Positions 55,936 to 64,000 of a stretch of 64,000 nucleotides of DNA are shown piece after piece. The DNA lies in IMG/VR virus record IMGVR_UViG_3300028176_000002, positions 1 through 64,000 of that record; one strand, given 5' to 3'. The notes under the pieces were generated by a model. The model did no database searches and was not told where the DNA came from. It saw only the letters and a list, made by a program, of their open reading frames with translations. The DNA is from a virus. Both the position numbers and the translations under genes were made by a program. Position 1 is the first letter of the stretch, and every line of letters begins with the position of its first letter.

Positions 55936-58147
55936 GTGGTAATTTCCATCCCATTGCTTCGTAAATTGCTGTTGCTTTTTTCCAAATATTCCTATCCGCA
56001 ATAAGATTCCAATCCGGTTTATTATCTCCAATTCCAATAAAATCATCAAATGCCATAATTTCTTTATACTTCTTTACTTCTGTAGTTTTCATCTTAGTTA
56101 ATTCTTGTGAAGACTCTGCTAATTCTTTTTTAGTCTTCTTAACTGATTTAGTTACAGTTCTAGTTTCAAATTTTTCAGGAATAATGTAAGTATAATAATA
56201 ATCCTGACCTATGCTTACTTGCCATTCGGGATGCTCTATCAGTGCATATCGCAAGGCTCTAATATGAATGGTTTCTACTTTATATGCTTCCGGTGATTTA
56301 CTTAATTTACATGGAAACGCTACATCTATCAAAGGTAATTTCTTCATTCTGATTTCTTCTGATAACATCCATGCATCAATTTCTTCCTTCGGTTTCTCAT
56401 TTAATACATTAGTTAATAATTCCTCTTGGAATTTTTCCATAAATTTGCTACTATCACTCCTCAAAACTTCAACTCCCTTGATAGTTAATTTATCCTTTCC
56501 TATCATATGACCTATGTAATGCTTCTTAGTGAGAATAAATAACTTATCGAACGTTCCTTCGTATTTAAATTTTAACGTTCCAGAATCCTTTCCAAAATGA
56601 TTTAAAAATTCAGGAATAATTTGTTCATTAATCATTGACTGGATTACTTCATAATCTTCATCTGTCTTTACGAAAATTGAATCAGTATCACTTGCTACAG
56701 TTTCATAACCGAATGTTTTTAGTCTTAATTTTGTATAACGAATTAAAAATCTTGCTAAATAAGTTATGGTAGATGCAATATCTTTATTATACATCCGACT
56801 GCTCTTAAATAATAAAGTTCCGTAAACGGTATTATTTACTCCTTTAATCGCAGCATCCTTTTGCTTCATCAAATCTTTAGCATCTCCGGTTAAAGTTTCT
56901 ACTAATTTCTGAATCTCTTCACGGGAATTAACCATCTTTCTGCAAACCGTTGGCACAATTGCGTTTGTATTCTGCCAAATATTAACCTTATTTATTGTTA
57001 CTGTTTGCGTGTTTGGTTCTTTTTTAACATTTACTGGGTCTAAATTAAAAGTGATAATAAGATTAGGATAAGTACCTCCAACGTCAAATAAATGAACCCC
57101 TTTGTGCAATCCTGACTTAGCATAAACATAACCACCTATAATTTCGTCTTCTTCCGTACGTCTAAATTTTTCATCTTCATCTGGTTTTGACGGAAGTATA
57201 ACACCTTTTTCTTTTGCTGTTTGTAAAATAACTCCATCTACTATTACTGAGTTCATGCATAAATCATCCCACATAACTTTACCTATACGTCTAAGTTCGT
57301 CAAAGTAATTAATAAGGTGAAACTTATTCTCTAATTCAACTAACATCTTAACGTCGTTAAGATTTTTCTCTTTAATCTTTTCGTCTACAATATGAAATGC
57401 AAATTTTTCCGGTTTATATTCTTTTTTAAATTCAGTACAATACACATACTCTAATTTATACTTCTTAAATTTATAAACTTTCTTTACCATTTCATAATAG
57501 TCTAGGATACTTATTCCTGCAGGAAAGCCATTACGTTTAACCATTTTTCCAATAGGACTAAGTTTCTCTTCTAATTTATTCGTAATATCACACACTAAAT
57601 TAGCATACCTAACCGTCATATAAGGATAATCAAATCCCTTACTATTGTACCCAATTAATAAATCAGGAGAAATACTTTTAATATAATTGATGAATGCATC
57701 AATTAAAAGAAACTCGGATTTATAATCAAGTGTCCAGAATTGTTTATAGGTTTGTGTATAATTATCGTAGGTTGTTATGCAGGTAATTGGGTCCGGAGCA
57801 TAAAGCGGGTCGGGCATGTTCTTAGATTGAGTTTCAATATCCCAAAATACAAATCTAAGTTCTGGTTTATCCATTGAAACTTTATCCAACAGATATCTCT
57901 TGCAAAAATTAATATCTGCTTCTTGACTTAGATTAGTTTTCTTCTTGGATATTTGATAAGGGTCTCTTACGGTTATTTTTTCAAGTTTTTCACCAAAGTA
58001 ACCTCTGAAAAGACCTGTTTTGGAAGGTTCGTAATAATAGGGGAATAGTGATTCGTCTTTCATAGTCTGCAGTTCTCTAGCAGGTCTATGAAAAATATAA
58101 ATAGTTTTATTATCGTTATAAATATTTGTAATCTTTAATTTAAGCAT
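55928..58147 (-). CDS. Family B DNA polymerase
   Basis: Exo WDIET, GYNSKGFD; motif A DVGGTYP; motif B K...NTVYG; motif C DTDS; KKHY, KGVE.RSD. Confidence 0.95.
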   Translation of the reverse strand: MLKLKITNIYNDNKTIYIFHRPARELQTMKDESLFPYYYEPSKTGLFRGYFGEKLEKITVRDPYQISKKKTNLSQEADINFCKRYLLDKVSMDKPELRFVFWDIETQSKNMPDPLYAPDPITCITTYDNYTQTYKQFWTLDYKSEFLLIDAFINYIKSISPDLLIGYNSKGFDYPYMTVRYANLVCDITNKLEEKLSPIGKMVKRNGFPAGISILDYYEMVKKVYKFKKYKLEYVYCTEFKKEYKPEKFAFHIVDEKIKEKNLNDVKMLVELENKFHLINYFDELRRIGKVMWDDLCMNSVIVDGVILQTAKEKGVILPSKPDEDEKFRRTEEDEIIGGYVYAKSGLHKGVHLFDVGGTYPNLIITFNLDPVNVKKEPNTQTVTINKVNIWQNTNAIVPTVCRKMVNSREEIQKLVETLTGDAKDLMKQKDAAIKGVNNTVYGTLLFKSSRMYNKDIASTITYLARFLIRYTKLRLKTFGYETVASDTDSIFVKTDEDYEVIQSMINEQIIPEFLNHFGKDSGTLKFKYEGTFDKLFILTKKHYIGHMIGKDKLTIKGVEVLRSDSSKFMEKFQEELLTNVLNEKPKEEIDAWMLSEEIRMKKLPLIDVAFPCKLSKSPEAYKVETIHIRALRYALIEHPEWQVSIGQDYYYTYIIPEKFETRTVTKSVKKTKKELAESSQELTKMKTTEVKKYKEIMAFDDFIGIGDNKPDWNLIADRNIWKKATAIYEAMGWKLPHD

Positions 58148-58169
58148 TATACCTCGTTTCTAAAAATCG

Positions 58170-58535
58170 TTATCTATCCTCAATCTTTAATAAATGAAAC
58201 GGAATCCATTGTGCTTCATATCCATTATCCCTCAACAAAGTAGTCATTGCTTGACCACCTACGGGATTCATACTATGAACATAAATTACCGCATGCTTCT
58301 GTAATTCATTTAAAACTAAATACTTCACGAATTCATAACCGGTTCTTTCTTCTTTTACTGCCTGTAAATTATTATACTCTAAATCATGGTCTAAAAACAT
58401 TATATCTATTTCATTATAAGTAACTGTTTGCTGTGCATCATCCAAATCTTTTGTAATATATAAATCATGATTCTTATATATACGCTTAAAAAATTCTATT
58501 CTGTTTGGATTATCTTCTAAAATAAGAATATGCAT
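58170..58535 (-). CDS. Cyclic-phosphate-processing receiver (cREC)-like protein
   Basis: ILEDN.NR...FLDHDL...TGYEF...VHSMNPVG. Confidence 0.75.
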   Translation of the reverse strand: MHILILEDNPNRIEFFKRIYKNHDLYITKDLDDAQQTVTYNEIDIMFLDHDLEYNNLQAVKEERTGYEFVKYLVLNELQKHAVIYVHSMNPVGGQAMTTLLRDNGYEAQWIPFHLLKIEDR

Positions 58536-58536
58536 T

Positions 58537-59580
58537 TTATTCCTTTATTCCACTCGCAAAATAAAATGGTACGTGAACTTCGTCTCCTTCGGTACATCCG
58601 TGTATCTGGGATTTATTAACGTGAATTACCGCATCAAATCCAATTTTAACGTCTATCATTTTTTCTTTACCGTTTTTATCTTTTTCTCCGGTAGGTCTCT
58701 TTTCGGTTACAGCATCCGCTCCTTGACCACGCCTAATACGTAAAATTAATCGTGAATTGTGCATAAGTGCATGCCCACCGCTTAATGTTTCTACTTTGAT
58801 AAACGAACCAAGGTCTAGCCGAGCTTGCCCAATTAACAATAATGCACATTTTGCATCCGCAATATGTGGTGTTGCCATACGGAAGAACTGTGAAAGTTTA
58901 CGAGCAAGTAAAGCCATAGTATCGTCTTGCACTGAACGTTCCTTATCTGCTTTACCCTCATACTGTTCACCATGCGGGCTTAAGCCTTGCACAGAATCTA
59001 ATACAATCACATCTACGACTTTTTCCTTACATAGTTTAATAACTGCGTCTAGCACAGCCTCAGCAGTCGGACAAATTAAATAAACTAGACTTTCAGTATC
59101 TACACCAAAGGACTTCGCCCAAATTACGTCGTATGACCTTTCAACGTCAAGGTATGCTGCGATTTTTCCTTCCGCCTGTGCGGTTGCGATTAATTTCAAA
59201 GCAAGTGTTGTTTTTCCACAACCTTTTGACCCCCAGATGCATGTCGTATTCCCTCTTTCTATTCCACCTCCGGTCAATTTATCTAAACATTTATATCCGA
59301 AAGACTGACGTTCCCTAACGGAAATTGTATTAGCATAATCAACTTTAGCACCTTCAATATTTTTATTAATTTCTCGCATGACTCCTTTTAATTTTTCTCT
59401 ACGCTCAATTTGTTCTTTAGATAATTTGATTACATGCTCTTCACCAAGAGCATCTTCTAAATCAATTCTCTCTATCTTTCCTTCCTTCGCTTCTTGTAAT
59501 CCTTTTTCCACTTTCTTTTTAGATTCTTCTGAAAGAGGAACTAATTTATTTTTAGATTTACTGCCCTTTGGTCTTCCCAT
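58537..59580 (-). CDS. recA: RecA/UvsX-like recombinase
   Basis: LD.LTGGG, GSKGCGKTT, YLDVE, VLDSV, MALLARKLSQ, GQ.R, SGGHAL. Confidence 0.9.
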   Translation of the reverse strand: MGRPKGSKSKNKLVPLSEESKKKVEKGLQEAKEGKIERIDLEDALGEEHVIKLSKEQIERREKLKGVMREINKNIEGAKVDYANTISVRERQSFGYKCLDKLTGGGIERGNTTCIWGSKGCGKTTLALKLIATAQAEGKIAAYLDVERSYDVIWAKSFGVDTESLVYLICPTAEAVLDAVIKLCKEKVVDVIVLDSVQGLSPHGEQYEGKADKERSVQDDTMALLARKLSQFFRMATPHIADAKCALLLIGQARLDLGSFIKVETLSGGHALMHNSRLILRIRRGQGADAVTEKRPTGEKDKNGKEKMIDVKIGFDAVIHVNKSQIHGCTEGDEVHVPFYFASGIKE

Positions 59581-59907
59581 GATTATTCTCCTTTTATTTT
59601 ATAATAAATCAGTTTTCCAACAGATATTAAAACAAGCACTATAGAAATTAAAATCAATATCCCGCTTATAATTAAATTCATTTCTTCTTTCCTTTCCATG
59701 TATAATAACTGCAAGTATAAACTGTTCCTATGTTTTTACATTTCTTTTTACAGTCAACGCATAATCCCAGGAATATTTTTATTTTCTTATTCGAGGTCAT
59801 TTAATCTTTTAACTTCTTTTTCTAATTCTTCAATTGTATGCAAAGCATCACATAAGGGACAAATTCTTCCCTCATACGCAATATCGCAATCAGAACAATA
59901 ATCCATT

Positions 59908-60189
59908 TTAGTTGCCTCCTTTAACATCGGTTTCCCATAAATAATCAAATAATTTATATGATTTACCATCTGAACTAGAATGATAAATTTGATTAGATAA
60001 CTGAACGTGTTTACCTAAACTTTCTAAAGGAATAGTCATTTTCTTTTTATTATAAGTAATAATTAATCCTTCTTTATTAAGAATACATTCATCTATAATT
60101 GTACTCTTAACAGCGACATAACCTTTATACATCTTTTTAATTGTAATTTTTTTCATCTTAATCCCATAGATAATTAAAATATTTTTCAA
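59908..60189 (-). CDS. Hypothetical protein
   Basis: ORF in coupled chain; start uncertain. Confidence 0.5.
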   Translation of the reverse strand: MKNILIIYGIKMKKITIKKMYKGYVAVKSTIIDECILNKEGLIITYNKKKMTIPLESLGKHVQLSNQIYHSSSDGKSYKLFDYLWETDVKGGN

Positions 60190-60550
60190 ATAACACTATA
60201 CCCTTATGAAACTTATCTTTTAAAATCAAATATTCTTTACTCTTCGGATTTAAATTATCCATCATTTTTAGATTTGCTTCAAATCCTTTTATGATGATAG
60301 TCAATTCTTTATTTGTAGGTTCGAGACCTTGATGATATGTCTTAATTTGTTTTAATCCACCAACAATTACAGTAGCCAAATAATTATCAAAATCCCATGT
60401 GTCGTTGTCGGCATATCCTCTATAACCTCTCTGAAAAAACCAATAAATTCTTCTTGGTAACATATCTAAATATCTTACAGGTCTATAGTATAGCTGATAT
60501 TTAAGTTCGTCTAATATGGTTCTCTTAGTTAATTTATCAAACTTATTCAT
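60158..60550 (-). CDS. Hypothetical phage protein
   Basis: FQRGYRGY...W.FD.YLA...G..LF.KYFNYLWD pattern common in phages. Confidence 0.65.
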   Translation of the reverse strand: MNKFDKLTKRTILDELKYQLYYRPVRYLDMLPRRIYWFFQRGYRGYADNDTWDFDNYLATVIVGGLKQIKTYHQGLEPTNKELTIIIKGFEANLKMMDNLNPKSKEYLILKDKFHKGIVLFEKYFNYLWD

Positions 60551-60551
60551 C

Positions 60552-60785
60552 TTATCCTCTCTTTTTAGTACCTTTAATAATCTTTAAAAATTGCTCATTA
60601 ATTTCATCAGTTTCAATCTTATTATAAATGCTTCTATAAATATCATTCGTCATTTGTTCTGCTAAAACAATTTTCTGATGAATTGTAGAATTCTTTTTAA
60701 ATAACTTCTCTAACGTATCAAAAGATTTCTTCATGGATTGATAGACTTCATTTAAAATCTTAATCTGTAAAGTAAGGTCATCCAT
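60552..60785 (-). CDS. Hypothetical coiled-coil protein
   Basis: ORF in coupled chain. Confidence 0.55.
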   Translation of the reverse strand: MDDLTLQIKILNEVYQSMKKSFDTLEKLFKKNSTIHQKIVLAEQMTNDIYRSIYNKIETDEINEQFLKIIKGTKKRG

Positions 60786-60935
60786 TATAAACCTATCTCC
60801 AATCTTGCATCTATTTCTGCAGTTAAATTATAAGGGCATGCATCACATGCATAAGGTTCAAAACAAACTGTTTCACCTTCATTAGTACATACACCGTTCA
60901 TAATGTATGGAATATTATTATCCCAAACTATCATC

Positions 60936-61235
60936 TTATATCTCCTTCCTAAGTAAAGGTAAAAATCTCTGTCTTCCGTGTCCGTAATTCTGAATTGATA
61001 ATTTAAGCCAATCCTCTAATAACGAAATATATTCTGTATCGCCTCGAATAATTAAAATATTAATACATCCCATTATCTTTAATTCTTGTAAAACTTCTTC
61101 CTGAATACCATATCCGTGTTCTTTTACCATATAGTGTTCAGGTCTGACCTTTTTAATGAAAGTATAATCAACAGGATTATATTCTCCTGCGAGTATAGTT
61201 GTATTTTTTCTTGGGTCATGACAATGAATAAACAT
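60936..61235 (-). CDS. Hypothetical phage protein
   Basis: AAGGAG SD; FIKKV..EH...GYGI...YGHGRQRFL. Confidence 0.65.
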   Translation of the reverse strand: MFIHCHDPRKNTTILAGEYNPVDYTFIKKVRPEHYMVKEHGYGIQEEVLQELKIMGCINILIIRGDTEYISLLEDWLKLSIQNYGHGRQRFLPLLRKEI

Positions 61236-61549
61236 TATTTCTCCTTAATTAACCGAAAAAATTCATCGCAATCTAAAGTTACTAATCTCCTACCATTTAC
61301 GTTTTCATGCACCATGAAGCAATATTTTGTTGTGTTAATCGGTAAATTATTATTGAGATGCAACCATACAGATTCTTTGATTGTGAAATCTTTCGTATTT
61401 CTTTTTTTGCACTCAACATAACTAAATGAACTCATAATATCTTTCTGTTTACAATTCGTATAGAGCCTAGCATTAGGGTCTATTTCTTTAACCTTTAGTA
61501 ATACGTATTCCTCAAGTTTATCGCCTATTTCCCGAGTCGTTTTACTCAT
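61235..61549 (-). CDS. Hjc-like PD-(D/E)xK nuclease / resolvase
   Basis: IGDKLE...KDI...VECKKR. Confidence 0.65.
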   Translation of the reverse strand: MSKTTREIGDKLEEYVLLKVKEIDPNARLYTNCKQKDIMSSFSYVECKKRNTKDFTIKESVWLHLNNNLPINTTKYCFMVHENVNGRRLVTLDCDEFFRLIKEK

Positions 61550-62061
61550 ATTTTATAATATACCTTTGATTAATAATATCGTCAATAATCTCAATTTTAT
61601 TTTTTACGTGCATTCCCAATAAAGAATAAAAACCCCACTTTAAACACTCCATCGTGGTTTTATGCATTTCAACGATATCGGAATATGTAAAAATTTTAGT
61701 TTTCATCTTAGATTAAAAATGGTTCCGAATCTGGAACTTCATTTAATGGATTCTTTTTCAATTGTGCATCTAACATAAGTGAAGCAATTACTTCCAAACA
61801 GTCATCACACATGCAGCCTTCCCATTTTAAACTTTTAGCTTTTACTAATACTTGTTCTTTTTCTTCCTTTGTCAATCTTTTCATTTCAGACATTTTAGAC
61901 TCCTAATAATAACTTTAGTAATGAAAATTTATAATTATCACAATCTGAAACTTTATCTAATTCTATAATCTTAATTAAAACTTTTTTCCTGCAATCTAAA
62001 CCAGAAACATCTGATTCATCACCGCAGTAGCAATATGTGCAGTATCTGCATGTTTTAAACA

Positions 62062-63921
62062 TTATACACCGCTTTCAGTTGTTAGTTCTTTAGTTTCGAA
62101 ATTATATTTACATGGTATTGTTGAATTCCTATAGTTGCCCTTGGGGTCCCTCAATTTGTCGACCTGCCAATGACCACTACTACCATCTTCAGCGTCCATA
62201 AAATATCTAGCAGCTAAGGCTGGCATCTGAACTACCATTGATGGAGCGTACCAGTCAAAAGAAGCAGGTTTTAACTGCATAAAGATAACCAGAATTCCTC
62301 CTTTACGTGCCATTTCTTCCGTAAAGAATTTAAATATAGTATCTGTATTCTCTTTTTCTGACACTAATAACCAGTCTAGGATAGTAAATGCATTAGGTTC
62401 AATTTCAATCGACAATGGATTTCCGTGATATGCCTGATAGAAATCATTTTCTTTTAATCCTAATTTACTTGCGGTTTTTTGATACCTACTTCCAGATTCG
62501 GAATAAATGTAGTAAGGCTTTATTCCTTGTTTAACTAATTGATGAATAAAATTCATACTGGTAGTAGTCTTTCCGGTTCCTGGAGTAGCACCTAATAATA
62601 TAATATCTCCCTCTTCAAAATCTTGCAAATATTCAAAGTAAGGCATCTTATATTTTAATGCTGTTCCGATTTTACCCCAGCTATCCGTCCATTCTACTCT
62701 TTCTCTAACTTTATATCTACCTCTTGATAATCGAATCGCTTTTCCATCTTTAACAAATTTTGATAAATATTTATCTACTATTGCTCTAGATAATTTTAAA
62801 TTATCCATGATATCTTTCGCATTGACATCATTTTGTAACATTTTTAAGTATTCATATATCGCTTGTTCTTGAGTTGTATCTTCGGCAGTTTTATATTTAT
62901 CTAATGAACCAATCATAGCCTGAATTGCTTGCTGAGGCATAGGGTTTTGTAATAAATTACGGTTCATTAAACTTAAAATAAACTCAGTCTGGTCTGCATT
63001 GAATTTATTTATTAAAATACCGCCTAATTTAGTAAATGTATCATTGCAACATCCATCTAAACCATTATTCACTAATTCAATTACACCGTCGGAAGAAGAT
63101 GATATTTTAGTAGGTTCTTCTACCTTTCTACCTACTTCTACCTTCAATAATTCCAATAACTTAGCTTTTAATTCTGCAGGAATAATTTTGATTTCTGCGT
63201 CGATAGTTTTCCAATTATAATTTAAATTTTCTATCTTAGACGGTTGAATCAGTACCTGCCCACCGTCATTTCGGGTATCAATTTTTAAACCTGCAATATT
63301 TACTGTCTGAGGAATATCTTTATCATACTTAAATACATAATGTGTTCCATGTGGAGAATTCTGCATTAATGTTTCTGCAGCAACTAATTCTGCTAGTAAT
63401 ATGTTTCTAGCTTCATTCTGGTCTTGATTAAAATCAACATCAATTACAGTTATTCCACTAACTTCACCGGTTCTAAGACCTAAGTTATAACCATTATTCA
63501 ACCATTTTATCCAATCCATTTTATCTAAATGAGTAACATTTGTCCAATCTTTCTCAATTGGATGCTTTCCGTTTTTAGCTATCGGGACTAAAGACCAAGC
63601 ATTTTTCTTATATACATCTAATTCAGAATAAATATCTACTGCAAAAGAATTAATTAAATACTCTGTAATCTGAGCATCTGTATAATTCTTTTTATCCTCC
63701 TCTAGTATTCGGACTGCATCAAAAAAAGTTCCTCTCCAACCACATTGCATGCAGGTAATTTTTTGAGTACCTGAAATAGTTGTAGCTGTAGGACTTTTTC
63801 CAATGTATTTGTGTCCTGCTAGATTTGGACATGTAAATAGATTTTGTCCATTCTTACTTGTCTTCTCAAAAGTTTTTAATTTACTTTTAAGATAGTCGAA
63901 TAACTTATCGTTAACATTCAT
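62062..63921 (-). CDS. Primase-helicase: zinc finger, prim-pol, wHTH and RecA-fold NTPase
   Basis: CP..H..C..C; NLGLRTG...VIDVD...GTHYVF...IDTRNDGG.V..PS; GATPGTGKTT. Confidence 0.9.
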   Translation of the reverse strand: MNVNDKLFDYLKSKLKTFEKTSKNGQNLFTCPNLAGHKYIGKSPTATTISGTQKITCMQCGWRGTFFDAVRILEEDKKNYTDAQITEYLINSFAVDIYSELDVYKKNAWSLVPIAKNGKHPIEKDWTNVTHLDKMDWIKWLNNGYNLGLRTGEVSGITVIDVDFNQDQNEARNILLAELVAAETLMQNSPHGTHYVFKYDKDIPQTVNIAGLKIDTRNDGGQVLIQPSKIENLNYNWKTIDAEIKIIPAELKAKLLELLKVEVGRKVEEPTKISSSSDGVIELVNNGLDGCCNDTFTKLGGILINKFNADQTEFILSLMNRNLLQNPMPQQAIQAMIGSLDKYKTAEDTTQEQAIYEYLKMLQNDVNAKDIMDNLKLSRAIVDKYLSKFVKDGKAIRLSRGRYKVRERVEWTDSWGKIGTALKYKMPYFEYLQDFEEGDIILLGATPGTGKTTTSMNFIHQLVKQGIKPYYIYSESGSRYQKTASKLGLKENDFYQAYHGNPLSIEIEPNAFTILDWLLVSEKENTDTIFKFFTEEMARKGGILVIFMQLKPASFDWYAPSMVVQMPALAARYFMDAEDGSSGHWQVDKLRDPKGNYRNSTIPCKYNFETKELTTESGV

Positions 63922-64000
63922 ATCTGTCTCCTTTTGAAATATTATCTAGAGCCCACATGGGTTGTAAATTCAGGTAATGAAAACATTTAGATTGCTCTTC
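63911..64000 (-). CDS. HNH endonuclease (family B), 3' end only
   Basis: EEQSKCFHYLNLQPMWALDNISKGDRYEC-stop, same C-terminus as 6422 and 39379. Confidence 0.85.
   Translation of the reverse strand, partial: EEQSKCFHYLNLQPMWALDNISKGDRYEC

Noticed and set aside
1-64000. Alternative genetic code or archaeal virus
   Set aside because: Code 11 gives dense, intact genes. PolB and prim-pol occur in bacterial phages too, while RecA, PDF, ClpP and a sigma70-type -10 element indicate a bacterial host

Overview
The whole window is an AT-rich tailed bacteriophage genome segment with a siphovirus-like layout. Strong AGGAG Shine-Dalgarno sites and RecA, ClpP and peptide deformylase genes point to a bacterial host. 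There are two convergent blocks that meet, overlapping, at about 29.67 kb. The + strand (1-29.7 kb) carries Thr-rich collagen-like and Gly-rich fibre genes, terminase, a portal with a ChaB tail, protease/scaffold, major capsid, neck, tail tube, tape measure and tail-tip genes. The - strand (29.7-64 kb) carries primase-helicase, RecA, PolB, ligase, SbcCD, two resolvase-like genes, four protein-processing enzymes (PDF, M17 aminopeptidase, ClpP, M50) and transporters (BT1, PQ-loop-like). It also carries a ~14.5 kb glycan-synthesis cluster, which is the most notable system here: three B4GALNT/GT12-like domains, three intact plus one degenerate LicD/fukutin-type domains, a CDP-polyol cytidylyltransferase, and GT2-TPR, GT9 and Maf-like enzymes. 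I infer it decorates the phage's own Thr-rich collagen fibres. Other notable signals are about 12 free-standing endonuclease genes, a tRNA-like RNA with an oversized variable arm, a repeated hairpin element oriented as an antisense terminator behind highly expressed genes, a repeated non-canonical promoter, nested scaffold starts and apparent GATC avoidance. All annotations come from motif recognition by eye and memory; no searches or folding programs were run.
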